64,000 bases of DNA from Candidatus Heimdallarchaeum endolithica (GTDB lineage Archaea; Asgardarchaeota; Heimdallarchaeia; Heimdallarchaeales; Heimdallarchaeaceae), in assembly GCA_021513715.1 (NCBI GenBank), contig CP084167.1, forward strand, positions 1,920,001 through 1,984,000, given 5' to 3'. The stretch's first letter is position 1, and each line of letters begins with the position of its first letter. Below are positions 39,252 to 49,213 of the stretch, one piece after another. Under the pieces are notes generated by a model, which saw nothing but the letters and a program-made list of their open reading frames with translations, was not told the origin of the DNA and made no database searches. Made by a program: the position numbers and the translations under genes.

Positions 39252-39974
39252 TTGCAATCTAAAAAGGAAATTGAAAAATATATGGCGTCTAAATATGTAG
39301 TAGACAATTTAATTTTCGACGATTTAATTGTTGGAGTTGGAACTGGCACTACAATAAACATTTTTATTGAATTGTTATCAGAAAAAGCAAACACAGATGA
39401 TTTAAACATTATTTGTATTCCTTCTTCTATAGAAACGAAATTACAATTAATCCAAAAAGGGCTTGTTGTCAGCGATATTATTGAAAATTCTGAAATTGAC
39501 ATTTATATTGATGGAGCTGATATCGTCACAGAAGATTATAATCTTATCAAAGGGGGCGGGGGAGCTATGACCATGGAAAAAATTTTAGCTTCATCTTCTC
39601 AAGAATTCGTTGTAATAGTAGATAGTGGCAAATATCCAAAAAAGCTTTTGTCATATCCTGTTCCAGTAGAGATTATACCTCTTGCAGTAAACACAGTGAT
39701 AAAACCACTATTTGACTTAGGAGGAGAACTTAAACTAAGATATGGAACTGGAAAGATCGGGCCTATTGTTTCTGATAATGGCAATGTTTTGGGAGATGTA
39801 ACTTTTAAAAAAGAATATGACCCAAAAATCATGGAAAAAGCAATTAATAATATCCCAGGAATAATTGAAAACGGTCTTTTTCCAGAAAAAGCGGATAAGA
39901 TTGTCATAGGAATAGATGATAGTGTCAAATATATCGAAATAAGAAGAAATAAAAAAAATGATTATCCTACCTAA
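39252..39974 (+). CDS. rpiA: Ribose-5-phosphate isomerase A
   Basis: GVGTGTT, DGAD, LIKGGGGA...EK, PVPVEI, SDNGN, IPGIIENGLF. Confidence 0.93.
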   Translation: MQSKKEIEKYMASKYVVDNLIFDDLIVGVGTGTTINIFIELLSEKANTDDLNIICIPSSIETKLQLIQKGLVVSDIIENSEIDIYIDGADIVTEDYNLIKGGGGAMTMEKILASSSQEFVVIVDSGKYPKKLLSYPVPVEIIPLAVNTVIKPLFDLGGELKLRYGTGKIGPIVSDNGNVLGDVTFKKEYDPKIMEKAINNIPGIIENGLFPEKADKIVIGIDDSVKYIEIRRNKKNDYPT

Positions 39975-41841
39975 CCAGAGCTGAAATAACAGCTCCCCGC
40001 TCATAAGCTTCTTTAAATAATGACCCAAGTTCTGAATTAATATTAAGTTTGATTTCAGCTGTTTTACCTACAGTTAAAGTTACAATGACCTCACCATTAA
40101 TCATGATATCAACATCTTTACCAACACATAAATCTGGAAAAACTAAAAAAATAGTGTTTTTACTTTGATATACATTAATTACATACTCTGCTTCTTCATC
40201 AAAACTATTATTTTGGTCAATATCATTCAATTCAGACATTTCTGAATAAGAGCGCACGTCAACGTTCAAATTTAGTGCAGATTCTATTTTTTCTATTGTT
40301 TTTCCTGACTTTCCAATTATTTTTGCTCTATCTGAATTGCGCACAAAGAGCGTGATAGAATTGGAATCAGTTATTTTAAATTCAAAATCATGGACACCAC
40401 TGTACTGTTTAAGTATTCTTTTTATTTTTTTTCTGCTAATAGCAACATGTTCATTCATTGAATGTGTTTGTTGCACTGGTGTTACTACAATTTGTTCTCC
40501 AAAAGTGTATAGTTCGTACTCTAGTTTATGAGAATGAAAATCTTTTACCTCAACAACAGGTCTACTCAAATCTCTCTCTTTTAATCCTGATGGAAGTTTT
40601 ACTTTTATTGAAAGTGTATATACCTTCCTTATTTCTCCATCTTCAATAAAAATTAGTGTGTCAATAATACTTGGAATCACTCCCAAATCAACTCGTTTAA
40701 TAAATCGTTTTACTCCATCAATTGCAGTAGTGCCATGAATAACGCCAATAAGTCCAATACCAGCCAACCTTAGGTCTGCATATGTCTCAAAATCAAGATT
40801 TTTCCTTAATTCATCATAGACAGTATGATCAGGTCTCATAAGTAAAATAAGGTCCGCTGTAGAAGAAATATCCCCCCTAAACCCACTTAGCTGAGTGATA
40901 CGATCATCGACTTGCAAATCCCTAGGATTTTCAAATGTTTTTACAATTCTACCTTTATCAGCGTAAAATTCAGCTAATGCTGTTGCGAAAGTGCTTTTTC
41001 CAGCTCCAGGAGCTCCAACAATTAAGATCCCTTCACTTTTTGTTTCAATTCTTTGTAACAATTTTCTATCAAGGTTATAATCCTCAATTTTTCTTTTTAA
41101 AATTGGTCTAACAGCAGTTATTTCCATAGCGTCACTAAATGGTGGACGAGTAATAATGATTCTCATGTTTTTTAGCTGCACAACTGTAAAACCTTGCATA
41201 TCACTTTCAATAAACGACTCTGGATCTCTGGTAGCTCTCTCAACTATCTCTTTAGCTAGTTCCTCAATTTCTTCTTTTTCAAGAACAGAGCCCCCAGTAG
41301 GTTGAAGATGAAAATTTCCAGGGGTACCTACTTTTGCAAGAGGTAAATTTCTTTCTCTTAAATGAACTGACATGGTTTGTTCAGTAAAATAATCATCAAT
41401 TCGTTTTCTTGGTTTTTCAGTTGTTTCTTTTAAAAAAACTACAGCCAATCCTTCAATCTCAGCAATATGAGCTTGAACTTTATCTGCAGTAACTAGAATA
41501 GCTGAATGTTCATATGCTAATTCCCGAATTTGGGCATCTAGTTCTCCAGAAGAGGCAAATTTGATTTGATTTGGTGTTGGTCGTGCGCCATCAATTATTA
41601 TTTCTATCATTCTTTCAGAAGCAAAATCCTTTAAGGCAACCAATTCTTCTAAAGCAGCTACACCAGTAGTTCTAGCTTGATTAGCTTGATGTTCTATTTC
41701 AGCAAGAACTACACGTGACAAAACAATTCTATTTATTGTTTGTTTTTTCTTTTTTAAATATTTTAAGAACTCTCCATTAACAATAACACTTGTATCAGGA
41801 ACAAATGAAACATTATTTTCTACATCAGACTGGTGATTCAT
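39967..41841 (-). CDS. PIN-domain ATPase with KH domain (PINA-like branch-migration ATPase)
   Basis: VPDTS PIN start, GAPGAGKSTF, ENPRDLQ, DLRLAGIG..GVIH, IIGKSG KH motif. Confidence 0.92.
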   Translation of the reverse strand: MNHQSDVENNVSFVPDTSVIVNGEFLKYLKKKKQTINRIVLSRVVLAEIEHQANQARTTGVAALEELVALKDFASERMIEIIIDGARPTPNQIKFASSGELDAQIRELAYEHSAILVTADKVQAHIAEIEGLAVVFLKETTEKPRKRIDDYFTEQTMSVHLRERNLPLAKVGTPGNFHLQPTGGSVLEKEEIEELAKEIVERATRDPESFIESDMQGFTVVQLKNMRIIITRPPFSDAMEITAVRPILKRKIEDYNLDRKLLQRIETKSEGILIVGAPGAGKSTFATALAEFYADKGRIVKTFENPRDLQVDDRITQLSGFRGDISSTADLILLMRPDHTVYDELRKNLDFETYADLRLAGIGLIGVIHGTTAIDGVKRFIKRVDLGVIPSIIDTLIFIEDGEIRKVYTLSIKVKLPSGLKERDLSRPVVEVKDFHSHKLEYELYTFGEQIVVTPVQQTHSMNEHVAISRKKIKRILKQYSGVHDFEFKITDSNSITLFVRNSDRAKIIGKSGKTIEKIESALNLNVDVRSYSEMSELNDIDQNNSFDEEAEYVINVYQSKNTIFLVFPDLCVGKDVDIMINGEVIVTLTVGKTAEIKLNINSELGSLFKEAYERGAVISALVR

Positions 41842-42404
41842 TTTTTAACATCCTCCTTTTCTTTCTTGATAATTGGAAACTCTAACGATTTTACAGAATA
41901 ATAGTTTACATCACCCAAACTATCAATTACTGCAAAAATTAAACTTAATCCCATATCATCTGCCCTTGATACTATTTTTTCAATTTGATCTATGTTAAAC
42001 ATTACTCCTTCAACAAAAGGGACAATTAAAGCATATTTAGTTTCCTTTTCTTTATTAGAAGAAGCTCCCCTTTCATACAAGGTAAAGAAGTTATGTGTCT
42101 TTTCATATTTTTTCACAACATATCCGCGTCCTCTTAAATCCTTGAACAACAGATAATAAACCAAAAACCCAGGAAATACTTTTGAGAAATAAGAAATTAA
42201 TTCTGGCAAAGATAATTCCTTGTCTAATTCATTAACAACAATTATCCGTTTTCTCTCCATCAACAAAACAGCTTCATAAGGTTCTAGGATAAGGTGGCCA
42301 TCGTCTGATAATTCACCATACCAACCTGTGCTGTAAAGATCGTTAGCTATTTTTGTATCATAAATCACTACTTGATTTCCAACTACTTTGGCATTGAAAG
42401 ACAT
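41838..42404 (-). CDS. tRNA-splicing endonuclease subunit, apparently non-catalytic (structural)
   Basis: L.PYEA, FKDLRGRGYVV, AVIDSLGDVNYY fold motifs; GxKY/FG loop, catalytic His and SVRK absent. Confidence 0.8.
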   Translation of the reverse strand: MSFNAKVVGNQVVIYDTKIANDLYSTGWYGELSDDGHLILEPYEAVLLMERKRIIVVNELDKELSLPELISYFSKVFPGFLVYYLLFKDLRGRGYVVKKYEKTHNFFTLYERGASSNKEKETKYALIVPFVEGVMFNIDQIEKIVSRADDMGLSLIFAVIDSLGDVNYYSVKSLEFPIIKKEKEDVKK

Positions 42405-42487
42405 TTTTATGTCAACAACGTAATGAAATAATTATTAAGTATTTATACATTCGACTAAATGAAGAAGCAAGGAAATTGTGAAGTTTA

Positions 42488-43324
42488 ATGAATATTAAGT
42501 TGAAACTCCAAGAAGAACTAAAGGAACTTATCCCTCCTAACTTAATTAACTTGATTCCTTCAAGTTATTCAGTAATAGGTAATATTGCAATTGTTCGATT
42601 CAACAGTAAAATACCAACAAAATATAAAAAAATAATCGCTACAAAGCTTTGTGAATTAGAAAACAGAGTAAGTACAGTTATTGAACAAAAAGATACAATC
42701 TCTATTTTTCGTAAACCAATTGTCAAACATCTTGCAGGCAAAAAAAATATGGTAACAGTTCATAAAGAATTTAATACTTTATTTGAAATTGATGTTTCAA
42801 GAATAACTTTTTCACCAGGAAATAAGCATGAAAGAAAACGGTTGATTAATATTGTTGAAGATGGAGAAACTATAGTTGATATGTTTGCGTGTATTGGAAA
42901 CTTATCGTTACCTACTGCTAAAAATCATGAAGGTATAAAGGTATTTGCTATTGAAAAGAACCAATACACCTATAATTATTTGAAAAGAAGTATTGAACTT
43001 AACAATTTAGCTGATCGATATTTTCCAATTCTTGGGGATAATAGAAAAAAAACCCCAAAAAACACAGCAAACAGAGTATTGATGGGATTTTTTGATATTG
43101 ATAAAGTACAATTAAAAAAAGCCATTGATGCGATTAAGGAAAGAGGATGGATACACCTTCATGATTTAATAAAACGTTCAGAGGACAGAGAAAATAAAAT
43201 TAGAACTCTCGAAGAAATAAGAAAGGAAGAAGAGTTTACAATAGAAGAAGTAAATACAAGAACAGTAAAAAAATTTTCACCAAGTAAAATACATTTATGT
43301 CACGATATTTTGATTAAAAAATAG
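42488..43324 (+). CDS. Trm5/Tyw2(Taw2)-family SAM-dependent tRNA G37 modification enzyme
   Basis: IGNIA, VHKE, FSPGN..ER.R, DMFACIG, EKN, RVLMG. Confidence 0.85.
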   Translation: MNIKLKLQEELKELIPPNLINLIPSSYSVIGNIAIVRFNSKIPTKYKKIIATKLCELENRVSTVIEQKDTISIFRKPIVKHLAGKKNMVTVHKEFNTLFEIDVSRITFSPGNKHERKRLINIVEDGETIVDMFACIGNLSLPTAKNHEGIKVFAIEKNQYTYNYLKRSIELNNLADRYFPILGDNRKKTPKNTANRVLMGFFDIDKVQLKKAIDAIKERGWIHLHDLIKRSEDRENKIRTLEEIRKEEEFTIEEVNTRTVKKFSPSKIHLCHDILIKK

Positions 43325-43367
43325 GTAACATTTGATATGTAATAATACAGAAAAAGAACAAAATAAA

Positions 43368-44597
43368 CTATATTACATTTTCTTGAACATGTGTTCCAGG
43401 AGGAATTATACTACCAGCTGCTATTTTCCTACCAGGAAAGATCATTGAACTCACTCCAACTATACTATTATCACCAATTATTGCTCCAAGTTTAGTAAAA
43501 CCGGTATCAACCATATGCCCATTAACTTCCATCTTGATGGATTTAATGGGTGTTTCAGTATTTATGGTCATCACATTAGTTGAAAGGATAGTATTTTCGC
43601 CTACAACACTATCACCAACATAACATAACCTGTAGATTTTTGTACCAGAAAATAGTACTGAATTTTTAATTTCGCTCCCAAAGCCTATTAAAGAATTTGA
43701 ATCTATTGATGTATGATCTCTCAATAACACATTGTTACCGATGTATGTATTAGGTCCAATATACAATGGACCAATTAGAACAGTACCAGAGCTTATTATT
43801 GTATTTTCGTCTATGATAACCACATTTTTTAGCACAACATTAGATTCAATTGTAACATTACTTGCGATTCTTGATTCTGTAAGTTTAGATAAAAGCAAAC
43901 GATTTGCTTCAATAATGTTCCATGGCTTTCCAATATCAATCCACTCTTTTTCCCATATTGCAGCAATTACTTTGTCACCTTTCTTTATTCTTGCATTAAT
44001 TGATTTAGGGATGTTAGGCTGAGTTTCCAATTCATCAAATATAGTAGTCTTTAGAACAAAACACCCTGCATCTATATAGTTACTTTTTGTATCGGTTTCA
44101 GTAGCTAAACCTACAGATTTCACATATCCCTTATAATCTATTTCTACAACTCCGAAATTTCCAGTATCACCTTTCAATGTCAATGCCATTGCCATGTCTG
44201 CTTGAGTGTTTTCATATGCGTTTAGTGTTCTTTGAATTAAACCTTTCTCAGCTATTATATCACTAAACAAGAGAAGAAACTCATTATCATTAGCTAAGTA
44301 TTTTTTTGCTGCAAGAAAAGCTGATTTAATATCATTTTCTTTACTCTGTTTAGCATATGAAATTGACAATCCAAATTCTGAACCTTTTTTGAAATAATCC
44401 TTTATTTGCTCTCCTTTATAGCCTGTAACAATTAATATTTTTGTTACTCCTAGTGTCTTTAGCTCTTCAATTATATACTGTAAAATTGGTTTTCCTAGTA
44501 GTTTAATCATAGGTTTTGGTTTAGTTTGGGTTAGTGGAAATAGTTCTCTACCCTCTCCACCAGCAAGAATAACTGCTTTTAATTCTTTTTTTACCAT
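43368..44597 (-). CDS. Sugar-1-phosphate nucleotidyltransferase/acetyltransferase (archaeal GlmU-like; start refined to 44597)
   Basis: AVILAGGEG..L.PLT..PKP, WIDIG.PW, hexapeptide repeats, KLGAIIGD. Confidence 0.88.
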   Translation of the reverse strand: MVKKELKAVILAGGEGRELFPLTQTKPKPMIKLLGKPILQYIIEELKTLGVTKILIVTGYKGEQIKDYFKKGSEFGLSISYAKQSKENDIKSAFLAAKKYLANDNEFLLLFSDIIAEKGLIQRTLNAYENTQADMAMALTLKGDTGNFGVVEIDYKGYVKSVGLATETDTKSNYIDAGCFVLKTTIFDELETQPNIPKSINARIKKGDKVIAAIWEKEWIDIGKPWNIIEANRLLLSKLTESRIASNVTIESNVVLKNVVIIDENTIISSGTVLIGPLYIGPNTYIGNNVLLRDHTSIDSNSLIGFGSEIKNSVLFSGTKIYRLCYVGDSVVGENTILSTNVMTINTETPIKSIKMEVNGHMVDTGFTKLGAIIGDNSIVGVSSMIFPGRKIAAGSIIPPGTHVQENVI

Positions 44598-44766
44598 ATT
44601 AGTTACTCCCTTATTTTTTATAATCACTACCTTTCTTTTATTTTTCTGTTGCTTAGATATCTTTTTACTGAATTTATCTCAAAAAAAGTTATATTTTTCT
44701 TCTTAAAAAGATTATGGAGCGAATGCAACTTTTATCTTTTTATATTAAGTTATAGGATATTTAACA

Positions 44767-46263
44767 ATGACAAGTATCTCGTGGAGTGGAAAAATATATA
44801 AAGGAGGAGCAAACTCCGGGTGGATTACCATTCCTTTAAATTTAAGAAAATATGTGAAATTGGAGCATTGGTATAATGTTCAGATAAATACAAAAAATAA
44901 AATAACTTTGAACACCACCCTATGCTTAAAAAAACTCAAATCTTCGTGGGGTTTTTACATTAAAAAGAGAATATGCGAGATAAATCAATTAATAGGTCAA
45001 AATGTTACAGTCATTATTTCTCCTTCTGAATTTTTTCAGAGGAAAATCTCGGCTTATAAAAGCATTCGTTTACCAAAAAGTATAGTTAAAATAAAAGGAA
45101 TAAAGAAATTTGACATATATGAAGTTGAAGTAGAAGTTTACTCAAGGACATATAGAGAGATAGTCTTAATATCAGTAATAGACCGTTCTACACGTACAAG
45201 TGCAGATGAGTATTATTTTACGCTGCGTTTGACAGATGTACACAAAGCAAAGGAGGCAAAAGTAAGACTATTAAGAAAAATTGAAAAAATAGATGCTTAT
45301 GAGAAAAAGAATTCAAAAAAGGAAATTTATCTTCCCAATCTCTTTCCTGAAGCAATAATAGGAAAAATAGATGATAGACAGATGATAATCTTTGATGGAA
45401 ATCATACTCCGGTAATAACTCCGATAATAATAAATATTGAAGAGTTCATCCATTATTTCGGTTGTTACCACGCAGACGGAACAAAATCAAGTTTTGGATG
45501 GAGTATAAATGCATCAACACCAGAACAAGCACATTACTATATCCTAACTTATAAAAAAATTGTACTCAATCCAAAGCTAAGTTTCGAGCTATCATACAGT
45601 AAAAAACCCTCAAACGTAGAAAATTACCTTATTACTACAGATATATTGATTAAATACTGGAAAAAGAATGCTTCAATTCAATTAAAAACTGACAAAATTA
45701 GGATTAAAGAAGCAAGATCAGAAAAAATAAAGAAATGGAATCCGTATGGAAGCATAAGGATACGTGATTTCCGGTCAATCGTTCTCAAGTTACATTTACG
45801 TATACATAACAAGATTCTAGATCATCTTAAAAATGAAATGAAGTTACAACAATTATGGCTATTTCTATTTGGAGTGCTAGAAGGAGATGGATATGTAGCA
45901 GGAGGAAAAAATCGTTTTGGGATTGGTTTTGCAACAAATATAGATGATAATATAATCAGTGAATTTCTCAATAAACTAAAAATAAAGTACACTATTGATG
46001 ATTCAAGGATTAAAAAAGGACTAGGAAAAGGTTTACAAATCAGGATTTGCTTAAATCAAGTGCTAAAAAATTTACCAGCAATATCTGAAAATATTTTCAA
46101 ATACTACCCAAAGCGAAGAATGATGTTTATCAAACGATTGATAAATAAGCCCAGTGTTAAAAAATTATTAGAATCAAATATCCATTTAGAAAATAAAGAT
46201 ACCAAAAAGGAATCGATTGAATGTCTACTTAAACTTAAAAAAGAATTAGAAAAAATTAAATAA
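44767..46263 (+). CDS. Free-standing double-motif LAGLIDADG protein with tandem AbrB/SpoVT-like N-terminal repeats
   Basis: FIHYFGCYHADG (about 45445-45480) and FLFGVLEGDG (about 45862-45891); N-terminal GWITIPLNLRK and SIRLPKSIVKIKGIKKFDIYEV AbrB-like units; no intein termini. Confidence 0.75.
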   Translation: MTSISWSGKIYKGGANSGWITIPLNLRKYVKLEHWYNVQINTKNKITLNTTLCLKKLKSSWGFYIKKRICEINQLIGQNVTVIISPSEFFQRKISAYKSIRLPKSIVKIKGIKKFDIYEVEVEVYSRTYREIVLISVIDRSTRTSADEYYFTLRLTDVHKAKEAKVRLLRKIEKIDAYEKKNSKKEIYLPNLFPEAIIGKIDDRQMIIFDGNHTPVITPIIINIEEFIHYFGCYHADGTKSSFGWSINASTPEQAHYYILTYKKIVLNPKLSFELSYSKKPSNVENYLITTDILIKYWKKNASIQLKTDKIRIKEARSEKIKKWNPYGSIRIRDFRSIVLKLHLRIHNKILDHLKNEMKLQQLWLFLFGVLEGDGYVAGGKNRFGIGFATNIDDNIISEFLNKLKIKYTIDDSRIKKGLGKGLQIRICLNQVLKNLPAISENIFKYYPKRRMMFIKRLINKPSVKKLLESNIHLENKDTKKESIECLLKLKKELEKIK

Positions 46264-46269
46264 ATAAAC

Positions 46270-48096
46270 TTACAGTACTGTTACACTTTTAGCGAGGTTT
46301 CTTGGTTTGTCAGGCGAGTATCCTCTCTTTACTGCAGTATAATAAGCTAGCAATTGTAGGGGAACAACATATGGAATTGTTGAGAATATTTCAGAGTACC
46401 CTTGAGGAATTTTAAAACTCCAAGTTACAAGGTTTTTTATTTCATCATCATTTTCTTCAATAACACCGATAGTAGATGCGCCTCTAGCATTCATTTCCAT
46501 AATATTAGATTGAATCAGCCTATAGGTGTGATCCTTTGGTGCAATAAATACAACAGGAAAATCTTTTTCTACCAAGGCGATTGGACCATGTTTTGATTCT
46601 CCAGCTGGATATGATTCACAGTGAATGTAAGATATCTCTTTCATTTTCAAAGCTCCTTCATTTGCTGTTTGCACATTTATTCCACGCGCTAAATAAAAAC
46701 CACTTTTCTTTTTCGAAAACCAGTTAGCAACTGTTCTAGCTTGAACTTCATTGTTTGTAATAGTTGTTTTAACTATTTTTGGGAGCTGATTGAATTTTTT
46801 TCTGTGAGATTCATACTCTGTTTTATTAAAAGAACCACTTAAAAGCCCTAGTTCTAATCCTACATCCCAGTTAGCTATTGTTTGTGCAAGATATGTTTTT
46901 GTTGCTGCGACTCCAATCTCAGGCCCTGCGTGGAGATATATAACCTCATCTGAATATCTAGTAATTGTACTACCTACCACATTTACTATAGAGAGAATCG
47001 ATGCACCTTGTTCTTTAGCTTTTTTAATACCTAAAATTGTATCCATTGTTTCTCCAGATTGACTCACAGGAACTACAACTGTATTCTCATCAATTAAATT
47101 TAAAATTGATTCAAATTCAGAAGCAATTATTGACTGACTTAGTTTTTTATTAAATTTTCTTACTAAATACTCTCCAGTTAATGTTGAATAATATGCTGTT
47201 CCTGCAGCAACAAAAAAAATTCTTTCTGCTACATAAATTTTTTCAGCTACCTTTTTTACAGATTTTTGTTTCATTCGGACATAGTTATACAAAGAATTAG
47301 GTTGTTCATGGATTTCTTTTAACATAAAATGCGGATAACCTGCTTTTTGAGCCATTTCTGCTTTCCAAGAAACAGTATAGGGAGCACGTGTTATCTGTTC
47401 CATAGATATCAGATTAAAAATGTTATACCCATCACTTCTTATCTCTACAAACTCATTGTCGTGTAAGAGTACAACTTGTTGAGTTTGATCAAGAAATGCA
47501 GGAATGTCGCTAGCAACGAAGATTCTATTTGAATTCAAGCCTATTACTAATGGGCTGTCCTTTTTGGCACAATAAATTCTTTGAGGAGCATTCGTACTTA
47601 TTACACAAATTGCATATGTCCCTACTAGCTGTTTTATAGCCTTAATTACAGCTTCACGGAAACTCAAGTGCTCATTAACAAAAAAATCTTCAATCAAGTG
47701 ACTGATTACTTCTGTATCAGTCTCAGAACTGAATGTATGCCCCTTTTCTTTTAAATTACGTCTTAATTCCTGAAAATTTTCAATAATCCCATTATGAACA
47801 ACGGCTATTTTTCCATCGCAACTAACATGAGGATGAGCATTTATTTTTGAAGGTGGACCATGTGTAGCCCAACGTGTGTGTCCGATTGCAATCTTGCCAG
47901 ATATAGGGGCGATATCAATTTTTTCTATTACTTCATTTATTTTTCCTTTATCTTTTTGAATAATAAGTTTGTCATCTTCTATAATTGCAACCCCTAAACT
48001 ATCATATCCCCTATACTCCAATTTTTGAAGAGCATGGATAATTTCTTCACCGATTTTTGTCTCATTTTTTTGAATTATTCCTACAATTCCACACAT
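46270..48096 (-). CDS. glmS: Glutamine-fructose-6-phosphate transaminase
   Basis: MCGIVG, LEYRGYDS, GHTRWATHG, SQSGET, VAATK, KPRNLAKSVTV. Confidence 0.97.
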   Translation of the reverse strand: MCGIVGIIQKNETKIGEEIIHALQKLEYRGYDSLGVAIIEDDKLIIQKDKGKINEVIEKIDIAPISGKIAIGHTRWATHGPPSKINAHPHVSCDGKIAVVHNGIIENFQELRRNLKEKGHTFSSETDTEVISHLIEDFFVNEHLSFREAVIKAIKQLVGTYAICVISTNAPQRIYCAKKDSPLVIGLNSNRIFVASDIPAFLDQTQQVVLLHDNEFVEIRSDGYNIFNLISMEQITRAPYTVSWKAEMAQKAGYPHFMLKEIHEQPNSLYNYVRMKQKSVKKVAEKIYVAERIFFVAAGTAYYSTLTGEYLVRKFNKKLSQSIIASEFESILNLIDENTVVVPVSQSGETMDTILGIKKAKEQGASILSIVNVVGSTITRYSDEVIYLHAGPEIGVAATKTYLAQTIANWDVGLELGLLSGSFNKTEYESHRKKFNQLPKIVKTTITNNEVQARTVANWFSKKKSGFYLARGINVQTANEGALKMKEISYIHCESYPAGESKHGPIALVEKDFPVVFIAPKDHTYRLIQSNIMEMNARGASTIGVIEENDDEIKNLVTWSFKIPQGYSEIFSTIPYVVPLQLLAYYTAVKRGYSPDKPRNLAKSVTVL

Positions 48097-48185
48097 TTTT
48101 TTCCCTATTAAAGCAACATTAACTGTTTTTTACTCAAGAACAGTCAATTAATGTTATTCATAAAGGTTTCGCTATACAAATTAAG

Positions 48186-49204
48186 TGTATACTCCACTCA
48201 CATTGGTAACAAATAAATAGAAGTGGGTTACGTGGGTAAGTGATTAAATATGAATAAGACCGAACGTAACCTGGAGAAACTAAGAAAAATTGTAGTTAAA
48301 AAAGCTTTGGAAGGAGAGAAGATAAAAGAGATAGCTCACAAGTATATGGTGAGTAGGAAGTTTGTGTATAAGTGGTTGAAGAGGTTCAGAGAGAACCCTG
48401 AAGGAGAATGGTTGGTGGAAAGATAGATCCTCCAGACCAAAAACTATACACAGGAAAGTGGATGAGGAGTTAAAAGAGAGGATAAGGGAGTTAAGAATAA
48501 AACAAGGAATGAATGTGGAGAAGATAGCTTATTTGTTGAAGAGAGAAGGAAAAGCACTCTCTCAGACGACAGTGACGAAAGTAATAAAAGAGTTAGGTCT
48601 TCCTTTATGGGTCAATAGAAAAAAGAGGAAGAGACCTCGATACAAGAGTTTTGAACGTCAAAAACCTAACGAACTCTGGCAAATAGATGTGAAAGGACCA
48701 TTCTGGGTAGAAGAACAGGGACAACATCTCCATCTCATAACCTTGATAGACGACCACTCACGATTCTGTCTGGGAGCTAAATTCCACCCTTTTGCACCAA
48801 AAAAAGAGCAGATAATAAATCTACTAGAGGAAGCAATAAAAGAGTACGGTTACCCCGAGTCTATCCTCACGGACAATGGAGCACTCTTCTCTTCCGTTAG
48901 AGGAGGAACAAGTACCTTCTCCCGTTGGTGTCAAACAGAAGGAATAAAACACATCAGAGCTAGAGTTTTTCACCCCGAAACATGTGGAAAAGTAGAAAGA
49001 CTACATGGGACCCAACAATCATCCGTGAGATGGAAAGATTAGGTCTAAAATACTGCAACGTAGATCTCTCCTACTACCGCTCTTACTACAATTTTAGTCG
49101 TCCTCACCAATCTCTTAACTTCCTCACCCCAGGAGAAAGATTTATGAATCACCCCTATGTTTCTCTAGTACCCAAAAGTGTAACCCAAGTCTATTGAGTA
49201 AACA
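48186..49204 (+). mobile_element. IS481-family insertion sequence, copy 2 (1019 bp), transposase frameshifted
   Basis: Near-identical to 36740-37749; same termini; 14-bp direct repeat CTATACAAATTAAG at 48172-48185 and 49205-49218. Confidence 0.93.
48250..49197 (+). pseudogene. IS481 transposase pseudogene (two small insertions)
   Basis: +4 bp (TGGT duplication, about 48409-48416) gives TAG at 48424-48426; +5 bp CCCAA at about 49011-49015. Confidence 0.88.
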
Positions 49205-49213
49205 CTATACAAA

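Noticed and set aside
48250-49197. Programmed frameshifting in IS481 copy 2
   Set aside because: Copy 1 encodes the same protein in one frame; the shifts come from insertions, not slippery sites.
36740-49204. Composite transposon bounded by the two IS481 copies
   Set aside because: Each copy has its own distinct target duplication on both sides, indicating independent insertions; the cargo would be housekeeping genes.
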